Positions 27,106 to 36,507 of a stretch of 64,000 nt of DNA are shown in pieces (within the stretch, counting starts at the first letter, position 1; each line of letters starts with the position of its first letter). Under the pieces are notes generated by a model. It was not told where the DNA came from. It saw only the letters and a list, made by a program, of their open reading frames with translations, and did not search any database. The position numbers and the translations under genes were made by a program. Source of the stretch: Dehalococcoidia bacterium (GTDB lineage: Bacteria; Chloroflexota; Dehalococcoidia; Bin125); NCBI GenBank assembly GCA_963555985.3, contig OY820591.1:1248001-1312000 (forward strand). The letters run 5' to 3'.

Positions 27106-27134
27106 CGCAGCGCTCCTCGGTGTTTCGCGGTGTT

Positions 27135-28016
27135 CTAGTTAGGGTAATCGTGTTCGGCGTTTGCGCTGTCATGTGTTGGCCAGAGCCGGTAGACATCGCG
27201 GCGCGGACGCCCGGAAGCCTGCGCGACGGCGCGGGCGGCGGCCGCCCGCGAGAGTCCGCGTTCCGCTTCCGTCTTGAGCGCGGCGGCGATCTGTTCGTCG
27301 CTCCAGGGCTCGGGCTCGGACGCTGCCGGTGAGATCAGGAGCGTGAATTCTCCGCGCGGTTCGGGGAATGCTCGAGCCGCGTCGGCGGCGCGGCCTCTCC
27401 AGACCTGCTCGTGGAGCTTGGTCAGTTCGCGTCCGATCACAAGCTGCGCGTCCGGCATCAGCGCGGCGATCTCGGAGAGCGTGTTGCTGAGTCGGTGCGG
27501 GGACTCGAAGCAGAGAGTGGGATGGTCAAGCGCGGCGATCTCGCTGAGCGCGGTACGCCGCGCGCCGGCTCGACGAGGCAGGAACCCGCGCAGCCAGACG
27601 GCTACGTGATCGATCCCGCTGACCGACCAGAGCGCGATCGCTGAGGCTGGGCCGGGGATTGGGACGGCTCGAATGTCAGCCTCCGCTGCGGCTGCGACCA
27701 GATGCCGGCCCGGATCGGAGACGCCCGGGGTGCCTGCGTCGCAGATGAGGGCGACGGAGTCTCCGTTCAGCAGACGTTCGACCAGGCGCGCCGGATCGCC
27801 GCCGTGGTCGTGATACGGCTCGACCGGCGTGGAGATCTCGAAGTGGGTCAGCAGCAGGCGAGCAGGTGGAACATGCTCGGCGGCGATCAGGTCTACCTCT
27901 CGCAGCGTGCGCAGGGCGCGGTAGCTGATGTCTTCGAGGTTGCCGATCGGGGTCGCCACTACATAAAGCGAGCCGGGGTTCTGAGGGGTTCGGCGAATGT
28001 CTGGTCGTGCGGGCAC
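27135..28016 (-). CDS. rsmI: 16S rRNA C1402 2'-O-methyltransferase RsmI
   Basis: LYVVATPIGNLEDIS.RA, DAGTPGVSDPG, FESPHR, RELTKLHE and RGEF. Confidence 0.94.
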   Translation of the reverse strand: MPARPDIRRTPQNPGSLYVVATPIGNLEDISYRALRTLREVDLIAAEHVPPARLLLTHFEISTPVEPYHDHGGDPARLVERLLNGDSVALICDAGTPGVSDPGRHLVAAAAEADIRAVPIPGPASAIALWSVSGIDHVAVWLRGFLPRRAGARRTALSEIAALDHPTLCFESPHRLSNTLSEIAALMPDAQLVIGRELTKLHEQVWRGRAADAARAFPEPRGEFTLLISPAASEPEPWSDEQIAAALKTEAERGLSRAAAARAVAQASGRPRRDVYRLWPTHDSANAEHDYPN

Positions 28017-28315
28017 AATCGCAGCATAGGCGGGAGGGAATGCCGCTCAGTGAGGACGCTGTTGTGTCTTGGACAACGCACGGCCGGGGGTCGGCAACAA
28101 TTCGGCGGGTGATCACGCGGGCGCTCTCGGCTATCGTTCGGTTTCATACAGGACTTGCGGAATGGGTGGTCGGACACGTGTCACGTCCCCGTCGCCTAGC
28201 CCACGTACTTGGCAAACAGCGCGGCTTGACGCCGCGCTGTCGCGTTTAAGCGCCTTTTGCGCCTGCGTGACGCCGCGCCGACCCACCGCAAGACGCCGCG
28301 CACGGAGGAGCCGCC

Positions 28316-29503
28316 ATGACCACGCTGACCGAGACCAGCCCGTTCGCCCAGGTATCCGGCTATTCCGCGCCTCCACAGCGCAAACAACTCTCCGAGGCCT
28401 ACGGCTTCGACGATGTGGCGATCGTGCCCGGCGTGTTGACGATCAACCCCGAAGTCACCGACGTTCGCAGCGAACTGGCGGGGCAGACGCTGGAGATTCC
28501 GATCCTGGCCTCGGCGATGGACGCGGTTGTTGATCCGCATTTCGCGGTCGAGGTTGGCCGTCGCGGGGGGCTGGCGGTGCTCAATCTCGAGGGTTTGCAA
28601 TGCCGCTTTGAGAATCCGGCGGAGGTGTTGGAGCAGGTCGCGGCGACGGACACGGAAAGCGCTACGGAGATTTTGCAGCGGGCCTACACCAGCCCGATTC
28701 GGGAAGAGCTGATCGGGCGGCGCGTCGAAGAGATCAAGGACGGCGGGGTGGCGGCGGCGGTCTCGGTGACGCCGCCGAATGCGAAGCGGCTCGCGCCCGC
28801 GATCAAGGACGCGGCGCCGGACGTGTTCGTGGTTCAATCGACGGTGACGACGGCGCGCCACATCTCCCGCTCGGAGCGGGGCCTGATCTTGCACGAGCTG
28901 ATTCGGGAGATGGAGATCCCGACGCTGGTGGGCAACACGGTCGGATTCGAGGCGTCGTTGGAGCTGATGGAGGAAGGGATTGCCGGTCTGCTGGTTGGAG
29001 TGGGGCCGGGGGCGGCGTGCACGTCGCGCGAGGTCTTGGGGATCGGCGTGCCGCAGGTGTCGGCGACGATTGAGTGCGCCTATGCGCGCGACGTGTACTA
29101 CGAGCGGACGGGCCGGTACGTGCCGATCATCACCGACGGCGGGATTCGGACCGGGGGCGATTTCTGCAAGTCGTTTGTGGCGGGCGCGGACGCGGTGATG
29201 ATCGGCTCGCCGTTTGCCGGGGCGTTGGAGGCGCCCGGGCGCGGATTCCACTGGGGGATGGCGACGCCGCACGCGGAGTTGCCGCGCGGGGTGCGCGTAC
29301 ACGTCGGTCAGCACACGACGCTGGATCGGCTGCTGTTCGGGCCGACGTCGCGGACGGACGGGACGGAGAACCTGATCGGGGCGCTGCGGACGTGTATGGG
29401 CAGCGTGGGCGCGCAGACGCTGCGTGAGTTGCATCAGGCGGAGATGGTGATCGCGCCGGCGATCAAGACCGAGGGCAAGCGGTATCAGATGATGCGGGAT
29501 TAG
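28316..29503 (+). CDS. GuaB3-family IMP dehydrogenase-related protein
   Basis: YGFDDVAIVP, ASAMDAV, GVGPGAACTSREVLGIGVP, DGG, WGMAT and DGTENL; no CBS domains. Confidence 0.9.
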   Translation: MTTLTETSPFAQVSGYSAPPQRKQLSEAYGFDDVAIVPGVLTINPEVTDVRSELAGQTLEIPILASAMDAVVDPHFAVEVGRRGGLAVLNLEGLQCRFENPAEVLEQVAATDTESATEILQRAYTSPIREELIGRRVEEIKDGGVAAAVSVTPPNAKRLAPAIKDAAPDVFVVQSTVTTARHISRSERGLILHELIREMEIPTLVGNTVGFEASLELMEEGIAGLLVGVGPGAACTSREVLGIGVPQVSATIECAYARDVYYERTGRYVPIITDGGIRTGGDFCKSFVAGADAVMIGSPFAGALEAPGRGFHWGMATPHAELPRGVRVHVGQHTTLDRLLFGPTSRTDGTENLIGALRTCMGSVGAQTLRELHQAEMVIAPAIKTEGKRYQMMRD

Positions 29504-29512
29504 TCACAAGAA

Positions 29513-29608
29513 CTCCGCCATTGCAGCGCTCCGCCGCGGCAATCCCGACGTGATTGGCACGATGGCACCGGACTCATCGAGATACCCGCGGCGAGCGCGG
29601 GTATGACG
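29513..29608. repeat. Family B REP-doublet element (diverged), between convergent genes
   Basis: CTCCGCCATTGCAGCGCTCCGCCGCGGCAATC...GAGATACCCGCGGCGAGCGCGGGTATGACG. Confidence 0.82.
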
Positions 29609-29617
29609 ATCTCAGAG

Positions 29618-30778
29618 TCAGAGCGCTTCGTAGAACAGGTCCAGCAAGCGCCTCGTGTGGCGGTGTTGCCAACCGCCTCGGCCTTGATTCATGACGTAGC
29701 CCCAGCCGATGCGGGCGTCGGGGTCGGCGAAGGCGAGGGAGCCTCCGCCGCCGAAGTGTCCGAAGGTTCGCGGGTTGGGGCCGAGCGGGCGCTCGGTCAT
29801 GGTGAGTTGGAAGCCGCTGGCGAAGCGGGTGCGGCGACCGAGTACGCGGTCGATGCCGTAGACCTGCTCGGCTGAGGCGGCGGCGGTGACGGCCGGATCG
29901 AGGACGTGAACGCCGTCCACGAGGCCGTCGGCGGCGAGCGCTCCGAAGAGGCGGGCTAGTCCCCGCGCCGCGCCGTGACCGGTCGTGGAGGGGAACTCGG
30001 CGGCGCGGTACTCGCGCGTGTTCTGCCAGCCGGGGCTTGACTGGATCGGGGGCGGGTTGCGCCCGCCGAGCGTTTGCAGCGGGTTGGGCGGGGCGCGGCG
30101 GAAGTCGGGCGGCTGCTGGATCGGGAGGATGTCGGCGGTTCGGGCGTCGTGCTCCGGTTTGGTGCCGAAGTGGAAGTCGAGGTTGATTGGCTCGCTGAGA
30201 TCGGATTGGAGATGTTGGCCGATCGAGTTGCCGGTGATGCGCCGGATCACCTCGCCGACCAGGAATCCCTGGGTGTTGGAGTGGTAGCCGTGTTGTGTGC
30301 CCGGCGGCCACCACGGTTCCTGGGCGGCCAGCGCGCCGGTCATCAGCTCCCAGTCGAGAGTCGCGCCGCGCGGCAGCGGTCGGCGGATTGCGGCGAGTCC
30401 GGCCTGGTGCGTGAGCAGCCAGCGGACGGGGATGCCGGCCTTGCCGTTCTGGGCGAATTCGGGCCAGTAGTGGGCGACGCGCTGGTCCAGATCGAGCTCG
30501 CCGCGTTCGACCATTCGCCAGGCGAGGATCGCGCAGATCGCTTTGCCTACCGAGTAGCAGCAGACGATCGTGTCTTCGGCCCAGGGTTTGGTGTGAGCCG
30601 CGTCCATCCAGCCGCCCCAGAGGTCGATCACGAGCTCGCCGTTGAGCGTGACAGCGAGGGCTGCGCCGTTCTCGGATTCGTCGACGAAGTTCTGTTGGAA
30701 CTGTTCGCGGACGGCCTGGAAGCGGGGATCGCAGTAGCCCTGTACGGGGGCGTCGGCGGGGGAGGGTCGATCGTCCAC
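29618..30778 (-). CDS. Serine hydrolase, beta-lactamase/esterase VIII family
   Basis: SxxK (YSVGK), YWPEFAQNGK, LLTHQAGL, GYH and FGHFGGGG. Confidence 0.9.
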   Translation of the reverse strand: MDDRPSPADAPVQGYCDPRFQAVREQFQQNFVDESENGAALAVTLNGELVIDLWGGWMDAAHTKPWAEDTIVCCYSVGKAICAILAWRMVERGELDLDQRVAHYWPEFAQNGKAGIPVRWLLTHQAGLAAIRRPLPRGATLDWELMTGALAAQEPWWPPGTQHGYHSNTQGFLVGEVIRRITGNSIGQHLQSDLSEPINLDFHFGTKPEHDARTADILPIQQPPDFRRAPPNPLQTLGGRNPPPIQSSPGWQNTREYRAAEFPSTTGHGAARGLARLFGALAADGLVDGVHVLDPAVTAAASAEQVYGIDRVLGRRTRFASGFQLTMTERPLGPNPRTFGHFGGGGSLAFADPDARIGWGYVMNQGRGGWQHRHTRRLLDLFYEAL

Positions 30779-30781
30779 GGG

Positions 30782-31707
30782 TCAGCCCGCCACGATGCGG
30801 ACGGCGCGGGGTTGTTCGCTGATGTCGGCGAGGATGCTGACCTCGGCGTCGGGAAGGATCGATCTCCAAGATCGCCAGACCGTTCGCGTGCAAGCGCGAG
30901 GGCAGTTTCCTCGGGGAGGAGCTGTTTGGCGGCGGCGGCGACGGTTTCCTCTTGGCCGGGATCGATCTCCAAGATCGCCAGACCGTTCGCGTGCAAGCGC
31001 GAGGGCAGTTGCGTAATCAGCCGCAGCAGCAACTCGGTGCCGCTGGTGCCTGGGGTCAGGGCGACGTGCGGCTCGTGGTCGGCGACTTCGGGTTCGAGTT
31101 CGGGCAGGCGGTCTTCGGGGATGTAGGGCAGATTGGCGACCACGCAGTGAAACGGTCCGGGCAGCGGCGTGAGCAGATCGCCTTGTACGAACGCGACTTT
31201 GGGGCGGCGGAGCAGTCGGAGCGCGTTTTCGCGGGCGACGAGGAGGGCGTCGCGGGAGACATCGGCGCAGATCAGATCGATGCCCCGGCGGTGCTTCGCC
31301 AGGGCGATGCCGATCGCGCCCGATCCGGCGCCGACATCGGCGACTTGGGCGCTGCGAATGCGCGCGCGGCGCAGGTGATCGAGCGCGGTGTCGACCAGGA
31401 GCTCGGTTTCGGGGCGCGGGATCAGGACATCCGGGGTGACGCGAAATTCGAGCCGGTAGAACTCGCGCGTGCCGGTGATGTAGGCAAGCGGGGTGCGCCC
31501 GCTGCGTTCGCCGAGCGCCCGCTCAAAGCGGGCTAGAGCGGCGGCGTCGATCGTATCGGTGAGCGATGCGTAGAGCTGCGCGCGGGTGAGTTCGGTGGCG
31601 TGGCGCAGCAGCACCTCGGCCTCAAAGCGGGCGTCGGCAATTCCGGCCGCCTCCAGCTGCGCTGCCGCTTCGAGCCAGACATCGCGCAGGATGCGGGTCT
31701 CGCTCAT
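30782..31707 (-). pseudogene. prmC: Release-factor glutamine methyltransferase PrmC, frameshifted near the C-terminus by a duplication (or an assembly artefact)
   Basis: PLAYITG.REF, LIPRPETE, DVGAGSG and ANLPYI. The natural C-terminus LPDAEVSILADISEQPRAVRIVAG* (stop at 30782) is out of frame behind a 62-bp insertion. Confidence 0.8.
30856..31010. repeat. 52-bp exact direct repeat within prmC
   Basis: GGATCGATCTCCAAGATCGCCAGACCGTTCGCGTGCAAGCGCGAGGGCAGTT at 30856-30907 and 30959-31010. Confidence 0.95.
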
Positions 31708-32798
31708 GCCGGAGCCTCGGCGAGTAAGCGCGCTTCCTCTGCTGTTGCGGCAGCGTCGATCAGCGGATCGAGGTTGCCGTCAAGCATTCCGTCCAGGTCG
31801 TGACGGGTGAGGCCGATGCGGTGATCGGTGATGCGGTTTTCGGGGAAGTTGTAGGTGCGGATCTTCTCGGCGCGGCTGCCGGATCCGACCTGCGAGCGGC
31901 GGAAGTCGGCGCGTTCCTGTTCGGCGGCGATGCGTTGCTGCTCGTAGAGGCGAGCACGCAGCACCGAGGTCGCTTTCAGCTTGTTCTTGAGCTGCGAGCG
32001 TTCGTCGGTACAGGTGACGACGATGCCGGTGGGGAGATGAGTGAGGCGCACGCCGGTCTGAACCTTGTTCACGTTTTGTCCACCGGCGCCGCCGGAGTGA
32101 AATAGATCCAAGCGCACATCGGCATCGTCGATCTCGACATCCACAGCTTCCGCTTCGGGCATCACGGCGACGGTGGCGGTGGAGGTGTGGATCCGCCCTT
32201 GGGCTTCGGTTTCGGGCACGCGCTGAACGCGGTGGACGCCCGATTCGTATTTCAGGCGCGAGAAGGCACCCTCGCCGGCGATCTGGCAGATCACTTCCTT
32301 GAATCCGCCCATCGCGTTGGCGCTGGCGCTCATGATGTCGTGTTTCCAGCGCCGCGCTTCGGCGTAGCGGACATAGGCGCGCAGCAGATCGGCGGCCCAG
32401 AGGCCAGCTTCATCACCGCCTGCTCCGGCGCGGATTTCCACGATCACGTTGCGCTCGTCGTTGGGGTCACGCGGCAGCAACGCGCGCTTGGCGTCTTCTT
32501 CGAGTTGGGTCATGCGCTCGCGCAGTTCGGAGAGTTCCGACTGCGCCAGTTCCCGCAACTCCTCGTCGTCGGCTTCTTCGAGCAGTGCGCGGGTCTCGTC
32601 GAGTTCGCCGTTCACGCGGCGGTACTCGTGGAGCAGATCGATCTTGTCCTGGAGCGAAGCGTGTTCACGCGCGAGCGCCTGGAGGCGCTGCGGGTTGACG
32701 GCGATCTCGGGATCGGCCATCTCGCGCTCGAGCTCCGCGAAGCGCTCGGCTACATCGGCCAATCGAGACCACATTGCGGCGTGTTCGCTGTTCGCCAT
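31704..32798 (-). CDS. prfA: Peptide chain release factor 1
   Basis: GVHRVQRVPETE (PxT), GAGGQNVNK and RTYNFP..R.TDHR; upstream of prmC. Confidence 0.96.
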   Translation of the reverse strand: MANSEHAAMWSRLADVAERFAELEREMADPEIAVNPQRLQALAREHASLQDKIDLLHEYRRVNGELDETRALLEEADDEELRELAQSELSELRERMTQLEEDAKRALLPRDPNDERNVIVEIRAGAGGDEAGLWAADLLRAYVRYAEARRWKHDIMSASANAMGGFKEVICQIAGEGAFSRLKYESGVHRVQRVPETEAQGRIHTSTATVAVMPEAEAVDVEIDDADVRLDLFHSGGAGGQNVNKVQTGVRLTHLPTGIVVTCTDERSQLKNKLKATSVLRARLYEQQRIAAEQERADFRRSQVGSGSRAEKIRTYNFPENRITDHRIGLTRHDLDGMLDGNLDPLIDAAATAEEARLLAEAPA

Positions 32799-32852
32799 TG
32801 TGAACTGTCGTTGTCTCCGCTGTTTCGGGGCTGTTCCAGTATATGAAGCGCC

Positions 32853-34133
32853 TTAGTCGGTCTCGGTGAGTTTTGCCGCGATCGCGGCGGCAACATTGGC
32901 AACAGAGACTTCCTCTTGTTCACTGCTGCGCAGATCGCGCACGCTGACCATGCCCCGCTGCAACTCGCGCGCGCCGGCGATGACGGCGAAGCGCGCCCCG
33001 GATCGATTCGCGTGCCGGAGTTGGGCGCGCAGCGAACGTCCGCCGAATGCGAGCGTTGCCGCGATCCCTGCGCGGCGCAGCTCACCGGCGATCTTGGAAC
33101 CGGCAAGGTCGGCTCCTTCACCGAGCGGCGCGATCAGCACCTCCGGCGCGTTGCTCGAGTCGGGCGCGAGTCCCTGATCGCGGAGGTGGTGCGCCATCCG
33201 CTCGATACCCATGCCGAAGCCGATCCCCGGCGTAGGCGGTCCGCCGATCTGCTCGATCAGGCCGTCGTAGCGGCCTCCGGCGAGGACGGTCACTTGCGAA
33301 CCTTCGAGGTTGGTGGGGACGATCTCGAAGACGGTGTGGGTGTAGTAGTCCAGGCCGCGCACGAGAGTTGGGCGTTCCTCGAAGGGGATGCCGAGCGCGG
33401 TCAGATGCGCCTTGACCGACTCGTAGAAGGCCGCCGATTCCGGTCGCAAATGCTCGGTGATTACGGGCGCGCCCTCTTGATAGGGGCGCGTGCGATCGTC
33501 CTTGCTGTCCAGCAGGCGCATTGGGGCGCGATCAAAGCGTGCCTGGTCGTCCGGCGCAATTTGGTCGAGGTGCGGCTCGAAATGGGCCTTGAGGCGGGGG
33601 AGATAAGCGCGGCGATCTTCGAGGTCGCCGATGCTGTTGAGCAGGATCATCAGATCGCCCAGACCGAGCGACTGCGCGACTCTCCAACCGAGATCGATCA
33701 CTTCAGCGTCAAGAGCGGGATCACGAACGCCGATTGCCTCCACGCCGAACTGCGTGTGCTGGCGGAAGCGTCCGGCCTGGGGCCGCTCGTAGCGAAAGAT
33801 CGGCAGGTGGTAGGCGAGCTTGACCGGCTGGGGGAGGTTGCTCATGCCGTGCTGGAGGTAGGCGCGGCAGACAGAAGCAGTCCCTTCGGGTCGGAGCGCG
33901 AGTCGGTCGCCGCCGCGATCCTCGAAGAGGTACATCTCCTTCTCAACGATGTCCGTGCCCTCGCCGACCCCTCGCGCGAAGAGTTCGGCGTGTTCGAAAG
34001 TCGGCGGCTCGATGAACCCGAACCCAGCCAGGCGCGCCTGCTCACGGGCGGCGGCGAGGACGTGCATATGCAGGGCGTAGTCGTCCGGCAGCAGATCTCG
34101 CGTGCCCCTGGGCGCCTGAAACGGCTGGCTCAT
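32853..34133 (-). CDS. hisS: Histidine--tRNA ligase
   Basis: APRGTRD, KEMY, LRPEGTA, FRYERPQAGRFRQH.Q, LVRGLDYY and GGRYD; start ATG 34133. Confidence 0.96.
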   Translation of the reverse strand: MSQPFQAPRGTRDLLPDDYALHMHVLAAAREQARLAGFGFIEPPTFEHAELFARGVGEGTDIVEKEMYLFEDRGGDRLALRPEGTASVCRAYLQHGMSNLPQPVKLAYHLPIFRYERPQAGRFRQHTQFGVEAIGVRDPALDAEVIDLGWRVAQSLGLGDLMILLNSIGDLEDRRAYLPRLKAHFEPHLDQIAPDDQARFDRAPMRLLDSKDDRTRPYQEGAPVITEHLRPESAAFYESVKAHLTALGIPFEERPTLVRGLDYYTHTVFEIVPTNLEGSQVTVLAGGRYDGLIEQIGGPPTPGIGFGMGIERMAHHLRDQGLAPDSSNAPEVLIAPLGEGADLAGSKIAGELRRAGIAATLAFGGRSLRAQLRHANRSGARFAVIAGARELQRGMVSVRDLRSSEQEEVSVANVAAAIAAKLTETD

Positions 34134-34290
34134 CGTCGCTTCCTCACTTTTCGGATTTGGCGTCTCCGCCTGACTGCGGATCATCGTACAGACGCTTCCG
34201 CCCCGCGCTGTCTTCAGGCCGGCATTGCCGTCTGCGCAAAGCGGTACGATCATTACAGTGCTCACAGAGACCGCGATGTGATGGTGCGCC

Positions 34291-36489
34291 ATGGTCACGA
34301 CGAGGGCGGAGGAGACGCAGGATCGGACCCTGCATCCCACGATTGAGGACCTGGATGATGTGCTTGAGCGTTATCTGACGCCGCCCGATCGCGAGCGTGT
34401 GCATCAGGCGTATCAGTTCGCGCGGGACGCGCACGAGGGGCACACCCGGCGCTCGGGCCACCCCTACATCGAGCACCCGATCGCCGCCGCCGTCACCTGC
34501 GCGGAGCTTCAGCTCGATGTGCCTGCGGTACAGGCGGCGTTGCTCCATGATGTGATGGAGGACTGCGGCATCACGCGCAACGAGCTCGTGGACGAGTTCG
34601 GGGTCGATGTGGCGAAACTCGTGGACGGCGCGACCAAGCTCGAAGCATTGCAATTGCCGAGTGTCGAGGGCACGGTCGACCGCGCGGTGCAGGCGGAAAA
34701 CCTGCGCAAGATGTTCATTGCGATGGCGGACGACGTGCGCGTAGTGATCGTGAAGCTCGCCGACCGCTTACATAACATGCGCACGCTCGACGCCTTGCCG
34801 ACCGAGAAGCGGTTGCGGATCTCGCGCGAGACGATGGAGATCTACGCGCCGCTGGCGGCGCGGCTGGGTATCTGGCAGATTCGCGCGCAGCTCGAGGACC
34901 TCTCGTTCAAGTATCTCGAACCGGAGGCGTATCGGCGGGTTTCGGAGCTCGTCGCATCGAGGCGCGCGACGCGCGAACACTACCTCGGTCAGTTGCGTTC
35001 GCAACTAGAGAACGCGCTTGAGGCCGCCGGTCTCAATGCCCAGGTCAACGGGCGAGTCAAGCATCTCTATTCGATCCACGAAAAGGTGCGCAAGTACGCC
35101 TCGCAGGGCAAGTCGTTCGACGACATCTACGACCTGCTGGCGTTGCGCGTACTGACCGAATCGACAGCCGACTGCTACCACGTGCTCGGCGTCGTGCATG
35201 GTCTCTGGCGCCCGATCTCGGGAGAGTTCGACGACTACATCGCTGCCCCGAGACCGAGCGGGTACCGCTCCTTGCATACGACCGCCTTCTGGTCGCCGAC
35301 GCACGCTGTTGAGGTGCAGATTCGCACCCACGAGATGGATCGCGAAGCCGAATATGGAGTCGCGGTGCATTGGATCTACAAAGAGGGCCGGCACAACGTG
35401 CTCAACGATCGCGACCGCCTCTCTTGGCTGCGGCAGCTGGTCGAGTGGCAGGGTGAGTTGCCGGGCGCGGAGGACTTTCTCGAAACGCTGCGCACAGACG
35501 TGTTCAAGGAACAGGTCTTCGTGCATACGCCCAAGGGCGAGATCATGGCCTTGCGCTCCGGCGCGACGCCACTTGACTTCGCTTTCCGGATTCATACCGA
35601 TGTGGGCTGCGCCTGCGTGGGAGCCAAAGTCAACGGGCGCTTGGTGGCGCTTTCTACGCCGCTCCAGAACGGGGATGTGGTGGAGATCGTCACCAGCCGG
35701 AATGCGCGCGGGCCCAGCCGCGATTGGCTCAATCCCGCGCTCGGCTATGTGACCACGCAACACGCCCGCACCAAGATTCGGCAGTGGTTCCGGCGCCAGG
35801 AGCGCACCGAGAACATCACTCGCGGGAGAGATGAGCTCGAGCGTGAACTGAAGCGGCTCGGTCTGCGTTTGGCAAGGGTGGAGCCGGACGTGATCGACGT
35901 CACCCGCGCCAAGTCGCTTGACGACGCGCTGGCGCTGATCGGCGCGGGCGAACCTACGGCGCACGCGGTTGCGCTGCGCGTCGCCACCGGTCCGGTGGCG
36001 ACGCCTGAGCCCGTTGCAGAGCCGTCTGCGCCCGCTCAGCCCGGCAAAGAACCCGGCAGTGTCAGGATGCGCGGGGGCGCGAATGTCCTCACTCGGTTTG
36101 CGACCTGCTGCAAACCGCAGACCGGCGAAGCGATCGCCGGCTACGTGACTCGCAGCCGCGGGGTCACGGTCCATCGCAGCGATTGCTCCAACATCGTGTT
36201 CGCCGCCGAGCGCGACCGAGTGGTCGAAGTCTTCTGGGGTCCGGATATCGATCAACTCAGCGCGGCGCTGCGGGTCAGCGGATGGGATCGGGTTGGCTTG
36301 GCGCGCGATGTGGCGGCTGTGTGCGCGGACGAGGGCGTGAACATGGTCGCGTTCGTGACCGGTCAGCCGCAGGACGGCTCCGTCACGCTGACGTTCACGA
36401 TCGAGCCGCGAGATCTGCCGCAGCTCCAGCGTGTGATCCACAAGATCGACGACGTTCCCGGCGTGACCAGCGTCGAGCGCGAGTTTTAG
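34291..36489 (+). CDS. rel: Long RelA/SpoT homologue, (p)ppGpp synthetase/hydrolase
   Basis: R.SG.PY..HP, LLHDVMED, KLADRLHN, YRSLHT, EVQIRT, TGS domain, CCKP and C-terminal ACT domain. Confidence 0.95.
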   Translation: MVTTRAEETQDRTLHPTIEDLDDVLERYLTPPDRERVHQAYQFARDAHEGHTRRSGHPYIEHPIAAAVTCAELQLDVPAVQAALLHDVMEDCGITRNELVDEFGVDVAKLVDGATKLEALQLPSVEGTVDRAVQAENLRKMFIAMADDVRVVIVKLADRLHNMRTLDALPTEKRLRISRETMEIYAPLAARLGIWQIRAQLEDLSFKYLEPEAYRRVSELVASRRATREHYLGQLRSQLENALEAAGLNAQVNGRVKHLYSIHEKVRKYASQGKSFDDIYDLLALRVLTESTADCYHVLGVVHGLWRPISGEFDDYIAAPRPSGYRSLHTTAFWSPTHAVEVQIRTHEMDREAEYGVAVHWIYKEGRHNVLNDRDRLSWLRQLVEWQGELPGAEDFLETLRTDVFKEQVFVHTPKGEIMALRSGATPLDFAFRIHTDVGCACVGAKVNGRLVALSTPLQNGDVVEIVTSRNARGPSRDWLNPALGYVTTQHARTKIRQWFRRQERTENITRGRDELERELKRLGLRLARVEPDVIDVTRAKSLDDALALIGAGEPTAHAVALRVATGPVATPEPVAEPSAPAQPGKEPGSVRMRGGANVLTRFATCCKPQTGEAIAGYVTRSRGVTVHRSDCSNIVFAAERDRVVEVFWGPDIDQLSAALRVSGWDRVGLARDVAAVCADEGVNMVAFVTGQPQDGSVTLTFTIEPRDLPQLQRVIHKIDDVPGVTSVEREF

Positions 36490-36507
36490 CTCGTATCTCC
36501 AGTCGAA

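Noticed and set aside
28020-28315. Purine or ZTP riboswitch upstream of the GuaB3 gene
   Set aside because: I could not match the conserved cores of either aptamer by eye.
29574-30893. 439-aa minus-strand ORF starting MHANGLAILEID
   Set aside because: Its start comes from the prmC duplication; the rest is an off-frame shadow of the serine hydrolase.
31115-31145. PrmC NLPY instead of NPPY as an inactivating change
   Set aside because: NLPY is a known natural variant in PrmC/HemK homologues.
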